From: Squalus acanthias
Taxonomy: Eukaryota
Reading direction: 5' to 3'
NCBI GenBank assembly: GCA_030390025.1
Contig: CM059431.1
Location: 136,526,001-136,590,000 of the forward strand
DNA: 64,000 nucleotides
Within the stretch, counting starts at the first letter, position 1. Each line of letters starts with the position of its first letter. Both the position numbers and the translations under genes were made by a program. The notes beneath the pieces are model-generated. The model made no database searches and was not told where the DNA came from. It saw only the letters and a program-made list of their open reading frames with translations. Shown here one piece after another: positions 52,351 through 64,000 of this stretch.

Positions 52351-55300
52351 TAACCGGGGACTGAAGAGTGAGACATGGAGAATGAACTGTCTCTAACCAG
52401 GGACTGAAGAGTGAGACATGAAGAATGAACTGTCTCTAACCGGGGACTGAAGAGCGAGACATGGAGAATGAACTGCCTCTAACCGGGGACTGAAGAGTGA
52501 GACATGGAGAATGAACTGTCTCTAACCGGGGACTGAAGAGTGAGACATGGAGAATGAACTGCCTCTAAGCGGAGACTGAAGAGCGCGACATGGAGAATGA
52601 ATTGTCTGTCACCGGGGAAAGATTAGCGAGACATGGAGAACGAACTGTCTCTCACCGGGGACTGAAGAGCGTGACATGGAGAATGAACTGTCTCGACCCG
52701 GGGACTGAAGAGCGAGATTTGGAGAATGAACTGTCTCTAACTGGGGACAGAAGAGTGAGAAATGGAGAATGAACTGTCCCTAACCGTGGACTGAAGAATG
52801 AGACATGGAGAATGAAAGGTCTCTAACCGGGGACTGATGAGAGAGACATGGAGAATGAACTGTCTCCAACCGGGGAATGAAATGCAAGATATGTAGAATG
52901 AACTGCCTTTAACTGGGGATTGGAGAGAGAGACATGGAAAATGAACTGTCTCTAACTGGGGACAGAAGAGTGAGAAATGGAGAATGAACTGCCTCTAAAC
53001 GGAGACTGAAGAGTGAGACATGGAGAATGAACTGTCTCTAACCGGGGACTCTTGGTCAAGACATGGAGAATGAAGTGCATCTAACCGTGGAATGAATAGT
53101 GAGACATTGAGAAGGAATTGTCTCTAACCGGGGACTGAAGAGCGAGACATGGAGAATGAACTGTCTCTAATCGGGGACTGAAGAGTGAGTCACGGAGAAT
53201 GAACTGCCTCAAACCGGGGACTGAAGAGTGAGTCACGGAGAATGAACTGCCTCAAACCGGGGACTGGAGAGTGAGACATGGAGAATGAACTGTCTCTCAA
53301 CGGGGACTGAAGAGCGAGACATGGAGAATGAACTGTCTCGAACCGGGGGCTGAAGAGAGGGAAACGGAGAATGAACTGTCTCTAACCGGGAAATGAAGTG
53401 CGAGACATGAAGAATGAACTGTCCCTAACCGTGGACTGAAGAATGAGACATGGAGAATGAATGGTCTCTAACCGGGGACTGATGAGAGAGACATGGAGAA
53501 TGAACTGTCTCGAACCGGGGAATGAAATGCAAGATATGTAGAATGAACTGTCTTTAACTGGGGATTGGAGAGTGAGACATGGAAAATGAACTGTCTCTAA
53601 CTGGGGACAGAAGAGTGAGAAATGGAGAATGAACTGCCTCTAACCGGAGATTGAAGAGTGAGACATGGAGAATGAACTGTCTCTAACTGGGGACTGAAGA
53701 GCGAGACATGGAAAATGAACTTCCTCAATCCGGGGAATGAAGAGCGAGACATGGAGAATGAACTGTCTCTAACCGGGCACTGAAGAGCGAGACATGGAGG
53801 ATGAATTGTCTCTTACTGGTGACTGAAGAGTAAGACATGGAGGTTGATCTGCCTCAATCTGGGGAATGAAGAGTGAGACATGGAGACTGAACTGTCACTA
53901 ACCAGAACTGAAGAGCGAGACATGGAGAATGAACTGCCTCTAACCATAAACTGATGAGCGAGACATGGAGAATGAATTGTCTTTAACCGGGGACTGAAGA
54001 GTGAGACATGGAGAATGAACTGCCTCTAAGCGGAGACTGAAGAGCGCGACATGGAGAATGAATTGTCTCTCACCGGGGAAAGATTAGCGAGACATGGAGA
54101 ACGAACTGTCTCTCACCGGGGACTGAAGAGCGTGACATGGAGAATGAACTGTCTCTACCCGGGGACTGCAGAGCGAGATTTGGAGAATGAACTGTCTCTA
54201 ACTGGGGACAGAAGAGTGAGAAATGGAGAATGAACTGCCTCTAACCGGAGATTGAAGAGTGAGACATGGAGAATGAACTGTCTCTAACCGGTCACTGAAG
54301 AGCGAGACATGGAGGATGAATTGTCTCTTACTGGTGACTGAAGAGTAAGACATGGAGATTGATCTGCCTCAATCTGGGGAATTAAGAGTGAGACATGGAG
54401 ACTGAACTGTCTCTAACCAGAACTGAAGAGCGAGACATGGAGAATGAACTGCCTCTAACCGTAAACTGAAGAGCGAGACATGAAGAATGAACTGCCTCTA
54501 ACCGTGGACTGAAGAGTGAGACATGGAGAATGAACTGCCTCTAACCGGGGGCTGAAGAGTGAGATCTGGAGAATGAACTGTCTCTAATCGGGGAATGCAG
54601 AGTGAGTCACGGAGAATGAACTGCCTCAAACCGGGGACTGAAGAGTGAGACATGGAGAATGAACTGTCTCTCAACGGGGACTGAAGAGCGAGACATGGAG
54701 AATGAACTGTCTCTAACCGGGGGCTGAAGAGAGAGAAACGGAGAATGAACTGTCTCTAACCGGGAAATGAAGTGCGAGACATGAAGAATGAACTGTCCCT
54801 AACCGTGGACTGAAGAATGAGACATGGAGAATGAATGGTCTCTAACCGGGGACTGATGAGAGAGACATGGAGAATGAACTGTCTCCAACCGGGGAATGAA
54901 ATGCAAGATATGTAGAATGAACTGTCTTTAACTGGGGATTGGAGAGTGAGACATGGAAAATGAACTGTCTCTAACTGGGGACAGAAGAGTGAGAAATGGA
55001 GAATGAACTGCCTCTAACCGGAGATTGAAGAGTGAGACATGGAGAATGAACTGTCTCTAACTGGGGACTGAAGAGCGAGACATGGAAAATGAACTTCCTC
55101 AATCCGGGGAATGAAGAGCGAGACATGGAGAATGAACTGTCTCTAACCGGGCACTGAAGAGCGAGACATGGAGGATGAATTGTCTCTTACTGGTGACTGA
55201 AGAGTAAGACATGGAGATTGATCTGCCTCAGTCTGGGGAATGAAGAGTGAGACATGGAGACTGAACTGTCACTAACCAGAACTGAAGAGCGAGACATGGA

Positions 55301-58300
55301 GAATGAACTGCCTCTAACCATAAACTGATGAGCGAGACATGGAGAATGAATTGTCTTTAACCGGGGACTGAAGAGTGAGACATGGAGAATGAACTGCCTC
55401 TAAGCGGAGACTGAAGAGCGCGACATGGAGAATGAATTGTCTCTCACCGGGGAAAGATTAGCGAGACATGGAGAACGAACTGTCTCTCACCGGGGACTGA
55501 AGAGCGTGACATGGAGAATGAACTGTCTCTACCCGGGGACTGAAGAGCGAGATTTGGAGAATGAACTGTCTCTAACTGGGGACAGAAGAGTGAGAAATGG
55601 AGAAAGAACTGCCTCTAACCGGAGATTGAAGAGTGAGACATGGAGAATGACCTGTCTCTAACCGGTCACTGAAGAGCGAGACATGGAGGATGAATTGTCT
55701 CTTACTGGTGACTGAAGAGTAAGACATGGAGATTGATCTGCCTCAATCTGGGGAATGAAGAGTGAGACATGGAGACTGAACTGTCTCTAACCAGAACTGA
55801 AGAGCGAGGCATGGAGAATGAACTGCCTCTAACCGTAAACTGAAGAGCGAGACATGAAGAATGAACTGCCTCTAACCGTGGACTGAAGAGTGAGACATGG
55901 AGAATGAACTGCCTCTAACCGGGGGCTGAAGAGTGAGATCTGGAGAATGAACTGTCTCTAATCGGGGACTGAAAAGTGAGTCATGGAGAATGAACTGCCT
56001 CAATCCGGGGAATGAAGAGTGAGACATGGAGACTGAACTGTCTCTAACCGGGGACTGAAGAGCGAGACATGGAGAATGAACTGCCTCTAACCGTAAACTG
56101 AAGAGCGAGACATGGAGAATGAACTGCCACTAACCATAAACTGATGAGCGAGACATGGAGAATGAATTGTCTCTAACCGGGGGCTGAAGAGAGAAGACAT
56201 GGAGAATGAACTGTCTCTAACCGTGGGCTGAAGAGTGAGACATTGAGAATGAACTGCCTCTAACTGGGGAATGAAGAGCGAGATATGGAGAATGAACTGT
56301 CTCAAACCGGGGACTGAAGAGTGAGACATGGAGAATGAACTGTCTGTAACCGGGGACTGAGGGCCAAGACATGGAGAATGAAGTGCATCTAACCGTGGAA
56401 TGAATAGTGAGACATTGAGAAGGAATTGTCTCTAACCGGGGACTGAAGAGCGAGACATGGAGAATGAACTGTCTCTAATCGGGGACTGAAGAGTGAGTCA
56501 CGGAGAATGAACTGCCTCAAACCGGGGACTGAAGAGTGAGACATGGAGAATGAACTGTTTCTCAACGGGGACTGAAGAGCGAGACATGGAGAATGAAGTG
56601 TCTCTAACCGGGGGCTGAAGAGAGAGAAACGGAGAATGAACTGTCTCTAACCGGGAAATGAAGTGCGAGACATGAAGAATGAACTGTCCCTAACCGTGGA
56701 CTGAAGAATGAGACATGGAGAATGAATGGTCTCTAACCGGGGACTGATGAGAGAGACATGGAGAATGAACTGTCTCCAACCGGGGAATGAAATGCAAGAT
56801 ATGTAGAATGAACTGTCTTTAACTGGGGATTGGAGAGTGAGACATGGAAAATGAATTGTCTCTAACTGGGGACAGAAGAGTGAGAAATGGAGAATGAACT
56901 GCCTCTAACCGGAGATTGAAGAGTGAGACATGGAGAATGAACTGTCTCTAACTGGGGACTGAAGAGCGAGACATGGAAAATGAACTTCCTCAATCCGGGG
57001 AATGAAGAGTGAGACATGGAGACTGAACTGTCTCTAACCAGAACTGAAGAGCGAGACATGGAGAATGAACTGCCTCTAACCGTAAACTGAAGAGCGAGAC
57101 ATGAAGAATGAACTGCCTCTAACCGTGGACTGAAGAGTGAGACATGGAGAATGAACTGCCTCTAACCGGGAGCTGAAGAGTGAGATCTGGAGAATGAAAT
57201 GTCTCTAATCGGGGACTGAAAAGTGAGTCATGGAGAATGAACTGCCTCAATCCGGGGAATGAAGAGTGAGACATGGAGACTGAACTGTCTCTAACCGGGG
57301 ACTGATGAGCGAGACATGGAGAATGAACTGCCTCTAACCGTAAACTGAAGAGCGAGACATGGAGAATGAACAGCCACTAACCATAAACTGATGAGCGAGA
57401 CATGGAGAATGAATTGTCTCTAACCGGGGGCTGAAGAGAGAAGACATGGAGAATGAACTGTCTCTAACCGTGGGCTGAAGAGTGAGACATTGAGAATGAA
57501 CTGCCTCTAACTGGGGAATGAAGAGCGAGATATGGAGAATGAACTGTCTCAAACCGGGGACTGAAGAGTGAGACATGGAGAATGAACTGTCTGTAACCGG
57601 GGACTGAGGGCCAAGACATGGAGAATGAAGTGCATCTAACCGTGGAATGAATAGTGAGACATTGAGAAGGAATTGTCTCTAACCGGGGACTGAAGAGCGA
57701 GACATGGAGAATGAACTGTCTCTAATCGGGGACTGAAGAGTGAGTCACGGAGAATGAACTGCCTCAAACCGGGGACTGAAGAGTGAGACATGGAGAATGA
57801 ACTGTCTCTCAACGGGGACTGAAGAGCGAGACATGGAGAATGAACTGTCTCTAACCGGGGGCTGAAGAGAGAGAAACGGAGAATGAACTGTCTCTAACCG
57901 GGAAATGAAGTGCTAGACATGAAGAATGAACTGTCCCTAACCGTGGACTGAAGAATGAGACATGGAGAATGAATGGTCTCTAACCGGGGACTGATGAGAG
58001 AGACATGGAGAATGAACTGTCTCCAACCGGGGAATGAAATGCAAGATATGTAGAATGAACTGTCTTTAACTGGGGATTGGAGAGTGAGACATGGAAAATG
58101 AATTGTCTCTAACTGGGGACAGAAGAGTGAGAAATGGAGAATGAACTGCCTCTAACCGGAGATTGAAGAGTGAGACATGGAGAATGAACTGTCTCTAACT
58201 GGGGACTGAAGAGCGAGACATGGAAAATGAACTTCCTCAATCCGGGGAATGAAGAGCGAGACATGGAGAATGAACTGTCTCTAACCGGGCACTGAAGAGC

Positions 58301-61300
58301 GAGACATGGAGGATGAATTGTCTCTTACTGGTGACTGAAGAGTAAGACATGGAGATTGATCTGCCTCAATCTGGGGAATGAAGAGTGAGACATGGAGACT
58401 GAACTGTCTCTAACCAGAACTGAAGAGCGAGACATGGAGAATGAACTGCCTCTAACCATAAACTGATGAGCGAGACATGGAGAATGAATTGTCTTTAACC
58501 GGGGACTGAAGAGTGAGACATGGAGAATGAACTGCCTCTAAGCGGAGACTGAAGAGCACGACATGGAGAATGAATTGTCTCTCACCGGGGAAAGATTAGC
58601 GAGACATGGAGAACGAACTGTCTCTCACCGGGGACTGAAGAGCGTGACATGGAGAATGAACTGTCTCTAACTGGGGACAGAAGAGTGAGAAATGGAGAAT
58701 GAACTGTCTCTAACCGGAGATTGAAGAGTGAGACATGGAGAATGAACTGTCTCTAACCGGTCACTGAAGAGCGAGACATGGAGGATGAATTGTCTCTTAC
58801 TGGTGACTGAAGAGTAAGACATGGAGATTAATCTGCCTCAATCTGGGGAATGAAGAGTGAGACATGGAGACTGAACTGTCTCTAACCAGAACTGAAGAGC
58901 GAGACATGGAGAATGAACTGCCTCTAACAATAAACTGATGAGCGAGACATGGAGAATGAATTGTCTTTAACCGGGGACTGAAGAGTGAGACATGGAGAAT
59001 GAACTGCCTCTAAGCGGAGACTGAAGAGCGCGACATGGAGAATGAATTGTCTCTCACCGGGGAAAGATTAGCGAGACATGGAGAACGAACTGTCTCTCAC
59101 CGGGGACTGAAGAGCGTGACATGGAGAATGAACTGTCTCTACCCGGGGACTGAAGAGCGAGATTTGGAGAATGAACTGTCTCTAACTGGGGACAGAAGAG
59201 TGAGAAATGGAGAAAGAACTGCCTCTAACCGGAGATTGAAGAGTGAGAAATGGAGAATGACCTGTCTCTAACCGGTCACTGAAGAGCGAGACATGGAGGA
59301 TGAATTGTCTCTTACTGGTGACTGAAGAGTAAGACATGGAGATTGATCTGCCTCAATCTGGGGAATGAAGAGTGAGACATGGAGACTGAACTGTCTCTAA
59401 CCAGAACTGAAGAGCGAGACATGGAGAATGAACTGCCTCTAACCGTAAACTGAAGAGCGAGACATGAAGAATGAACTGCCTCTAACCGTGGACTGAAGAG
59501 TGAGACATGGAGAATGAACTGCCTCTAACCGGGGGCTGAAGAGTGAGATCTGGAGAATGAACTGTCTCTAATCGGGGACTGAAAAGTGAGTCATGGAGAA
59601 TGAACTGCCTCAATCCGGGGAATGAAGAGTGAGACATGGAGACTGAACTGTCTCTAACCGGGGACTGATGAGCGAGACATGGAGAATGAACTGCCTCTAA
59701 CCGTAAACTGAAGAGCGAGACATGGAGAATGAACTGCCACTAACCATAAACTGATGAGCGAGACATGGAGAATGAATTGTCTCTAACCGGGGGCTGAAGA
59801 GAGAAGACATGGAGAATGAACTGTCTCTAACCGTGGGCTGAAGAGTGAGACATTGAGAATGAACTGCCTCTAACTGGGGATTGAAGAGCGAGATATGGAG
59901 AATGAACTGTCTCAAACCGGGGACTGAAGAGTGAGACATGGAGAATGAACTGTCTGTAACCGGGGACTGAGGGCCAAGACATGGAGAATGAAGTGCATCT
60001 AACCGTGGAATGAATAGTGAGACATTGAGAAGGAATTGTCTCTAACCGGGGACTGAAGAGCGAGACATGGAGAATGAACTGTCTCTAATCGGGGACTGAA
60101 GAGTGAGTCACGGAGAATGAACTGCCTCAAACCGGGGACTGAAGAGTGAGTCACGGAGAATGAACTGCCTCAAACCGGGGACTGAAGAGTGAGACATGGA
60201 GAATGAACTGTCTCTCAACGGGGACTGAAGAGCGAGACATGGAGAATGAACTGTCTCTAACCGGGGGCTGAAGAGAGAGAAACGGAGAATGAACTGTCTC
60301 TAACCGGGAAATGAAGTGCGAGACATGAAGAATGAACTGTCCCTAACCGTGGACTGAAGAATGAGACATGGAGAATGAATGGTCTCTAACCGGGGACTGA
60401 TGAGAGAGACATGGAGAATGAACTGTCTCCAACCGGGGAATGAAATGCAAGATATGTAGAATGAACTGTCTTTAACTGGGGATTGGAGAGTGAGACATGG
60501 AAAATGAATTGTCTCTAACTGGGGACAGAAGAGTGAGAAATGGAGAATGAACTGCCACTAACCGGAGATTGAAGAGTGAGACATGGAGAATGAACTGTCT
60601 CTAACTGGGGACTGAAGAGCGAGACATGGAAAATGAACTTCCTCAATCCGGGGAATGAAGAGCGAGACATGGAGAATGAACTGTCTCTAACCGGGCACTG
60701 AAGAGCGAGACATGGAGGATGAATTGTCTCTTACTGGTGACTGAAGAGTAAGACATGGAGATTGATCTGCCTCAATCTGGGGAATGAAGAGTGAGACATG
60801 GAGACTGAACTGTCTCTAACCAGAACTGAAGAGCGAGACATGGAGAATGAACTGCCTCTAACCATAAACTGATGAGCGAGACATGGAGAATGAATTGTCT
60901 TTAACCGGGGACTGAAGAGTGAGACATGGAGAATAAACTGCCTCTAAGCGGAGACTGAAGAGCACGACATGGAGAATGAATTGTCTCTCACCGGGGAAAG
61001 ATTAGCGAGACATGGAGAACGAACTGTCTCTCACCGGGGACTGAAGAGCGTGACATGGAGAATGAACTGTCTCTAACTGGGGACAGAAGAGTGAGGAATG
61101 GAGAATGAACTGTCTCTAACCGGAGATTGAAGAGTGAGACATGGAGAATGAACTGTCTCTAACCGGTCACTGAAGAGCGAGACATGGAGGATGAATTGTC
61201 TCTTACTGGTGACTGAAGAGTAAGACATGGAGATTAATCTGCCTCAATCTGGGGAATGAAGAGTGAGACATGGAGACTGAACTGTCTCTAACCAGAACTG

Positions 61301-64000
61301 AAGAGCGAGACATGGAGAATGAACTGCCTCTAACCGTAAACTGAAGAGCGAAACATGAAGAATGAACTGCCTCTAACCGTGGACTGAAGAGTGAGACATG
61401 GAGAATGAACTGCCTCTAACCGGGGGCTGAAGAGGGAGATCTGGAGAATGAACTGTCTCTAATCGGGGACTGAAAAGTGAGTCATGGAGAATGAACTGCC
61501 TCAATCCGGGGAATGAAGAGTGAGACATGGAGACTGAACTGTCTCTAACCGGGGACTGATGAGCGAGACATGGAGAATGAACTGCCTCTAACCGTAAACT
61601 GAAGAGCGAGACATGGAGAATGAACTGCCACTAACCATAAACTGATGAGCGAGACATGGAGAATGAATTGTCTCTAACCGGGGGCTGAAGAGAGAAGACA
61701 TGGAGAATGAACTGTCTCTAACCGTGGGCTGAAGAGTGAGACATTGAGAATGAACTGCCTCTAACTGGGGAATGAAGAGCGAGATATGGAGAATGAACTG
61801 TCTCAAACCGGGGACTGAAGAGTGAGACATGGAGAATGAACTGTCTGTAACCGGGGACTGAGGGCCAAGACATGGAGAATGAAGTGCATCTAACCGTGGA
61901 ATGAATAGTGAGACATTGAGAAGGAATTGTCTCTAACCGGGGACTGAAGAGCGAGACATGGAGAATGAACTGTCTCTAATCGGGGACTGAAGAGTGAGTC
62001 ACGGAGAATGAACTGCCTCAAACCGGGGACTGAAGAGTGAGACATGGAGAATGAACTGTCTCTCAACGGGGACTGAAGAGCGAGACATGGAGAATGAACT
62101 GTCTCTAACCGGGGGCTGAAGAGAGAGAAACGGAGAATGAACTGTCTCTAACCGGGAAATGAAGTGCGAGACATGAAGAATGAACTGTCCCTAACCGTGG
62201 ACTGAAGAATGAGACATGGAGAATGAATGGTCTCTAACCGGGGACTGATGAGAGAGACATGGAGAATGAACTGTCTCCAACCGGGGAATGAAATGCAAGA
62301 TATGTAGAATGAACTGTCTTTAACTGGGGATTGGAGAGTGAGACATGGAAAATGAACTGTCTCTAACTGGGGACAGAAGAGTGAGAAATGGAGAATGAAC
62401 TGCCTCTAACCGGAGATTGAAGAGTGAGACATGGAGAATGAACTGTCTCTAACCGGGCACTGAAGAGCGAGACATGGAGGATGAATTGTCTCTTACTGGT
62501 GACTGAAGAGTAAGACATGGAGATTGATCTGCCTCAATCTGGGGAATGAAGAGTGAGACATGGAGACTGAACTGTCTCTAACCAGAACTGAAGAGCGAGA
62601 CATGGAGAATGAACTGCCTCTAACCATAAACTGATCAGCGAGACATGGAGAATGAATTGTCTTTAACCGGGGACTGAAGAGTGAGACATGGAGAATGAAC
62701 TGCCTCTAAGCGGAGACTGAAGAGCGCGACATGGAGAATGAATTGTCTCTCACCGGGGAAAGATTAGCGAGACATGGAGAACGAACTGTCTCTCACCGGA
62801 GACTGAAGAGCGTGACATGGAGAATGAACTGTCTCTAACTGGGGACAGAAGAGTGAGAAATGGAGAATGAACTGCCTCTAACCGGAGATTGAAGAGTGAG
62901 ACATGGAGAATGAACTGTCTCTAACCGGTCACTGAAGAGCGAGACATGGAGGATGAATTGTCTCTTACTGGTGACTGAAGAGTAAGACATGGAGATTGAT
63001 CTGCCTCAATCTGGGGAATGAAGAGTGAGACATGGAGACTGAACTGTCTCTAACCAGAACTGAAGAGCGAGACATGGAGAATGAACTGCCTCTAACCGTA
63101 AACTGAAGAGCGAGACATGAAGAATGAACTGCCTCTAACCGTGGACTGAAGAGTGAGACATGGAGAATGAACTGCCTCTAACCGGGGGCTGAAGAGTGCG
63201 ATATTGAGAATGAACTGTCTCTAATCGGGGACTGAAGAGTGAGTCATGGAGAATGAACTGTCCCAAACCGGGGACTGAAGAGTGATACATGGAGAATGAA
63301 CTGCCTCTAACCGGGGACTGATGAGCGAGACATGGAGAATGAACTGCCTCTAACCGTAAACTGAAGAGCGATACATGGATAATGAACTGCCACTTACCAT
63401 AAACTGATGAGCGAGACATGGAGAATTAATTGTCTCTAACCGGGGGCTGAAGAGAGAGACATAGAGAATGAACTGTCTCTAACCGTGGGCTGAAGAGTGA
63501 GACATTGAGAATGAACTGCCTCTAACTGGGGAATGAATAGCGAGACATGGAGAATGAACTGTCTCAAACTGGGGACTGAAGAGTGAGACATGGAGAATTA
63601 ATTGTCTCTAAGCGGGGACTGAGGGCCAAGACATGGAGAATGAACTGCCTCTAACCGTAGAATGAATAGTGAGACATTGAGAAGATATTGTCTCTAACCG
63701 GGGACTGAAGAGCGAGACATGGAGAATGAACTGTCTCTAATCGGGGACTGAAGAGTGAGTCATGGAGAATGAACTGCCTCAAACCGGGGACTGAAGAGTG
63801 AGACATGGAGAATGAACTGTCTCTCAATGGGAACTGAAGAGCGAGACATGGAGAATGAACTGCCTCTAACCGTAGAATGAATAGTGAGACATTGAGAAGG
63901 AATTGTCTCTAACCGGGGACTGAAGAGCGAGACATGGAGAATGAACTGTCTCTAATCGGGGACTGAAGAGTGAGTCATGGAGAATGAACTGCCTCAAACC
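52351..64000 (+). repeat. 43-bp tandem satellite array, right segment (continues beyond the window end)
   Basis: Same monomer and orientation from TAACCGGGGACTG (52351) to the end. Carries its own set of variant monomers. Confidence 0.98.
52550..63400 (+). repeat. Shorter-period duplicated satellite blocks, family C (~1.2-1.9 kb units)
   Basis: ORF twins are offset by 1461, 1374, 1247, 3610 and 1891. The marker monomer GGGGAAAGATTAGCGAG recurs near 52615, 54075, 55450, 58588, 59060, 60993 and 62755. Confidence 0.82.

Noticed and set aside
279..63419. Dozens of 60-150 aa ORFs (MSHSSVPG.RQFILHVSLFSPRLETVHSPCLTLQSPVRDSSFS; MENELSL...)
   Set aside because: These are translations of the 43-bp repeat. 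The frame cycles every three monomers and normally hits a stop; ORFs arise where a variant removes it. There is no domain or codon-level constraint.
1..64000. CENP-B box, telomeric repeats, V(D)J RSS or Ig switch-region identity for the satellite
   Set aside because: I did not see TTCG-N4-A-N2-CGGG, TTAGGG arrays, a CACAGTG/ACAAAAACC pair or AGCT-rich units in the consensus.

Overview
Eukaryotic repetitive DNA with no host genes. About 90% of the window is a head-to-tail 43-bp satellite (consensus CTCTAACCGGGGACTGAAGAGYGAGACATGGAGAATGAACTGY, roughly 1,350 monomers, one orientation). It is organised into irregular kb-scale duplicated blocks with positionally restricted variant monomers. Two CR1-clade LINE retrotransposons of different subfamilies interrupt it. 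The first is apparently full-length, on the minus strand (~39831-44451): 5'UTR, intact ORF1 (zinc finger/coiled coil/SGNH esterase), ORF2 (APE endonuclease + RT) broken by a single TGG>TGA stop, a duplicated 3'UTR and a (TTCTTATG)n tail. The second is 5'-truncated, on the plus strand (50843-52350), with a TAACC target-site duplication and an intact RT frame fused to a satellite-derived ATG. The 3' ends resemble cartilaginous-fish CR1 (HER1-type) elements; this is an inference from recall, not a search. The most notable observation is that ORF1 ends in a correctly phased T_TTA_AAC slippery heptamer whose -1 frame runs without a stop into ORF2, suggesting programmed ribosomal frameshifting to an ORF1-ORF2 fusion. 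The ~70 short ORFs in the satellite are artefacts of the repeat.
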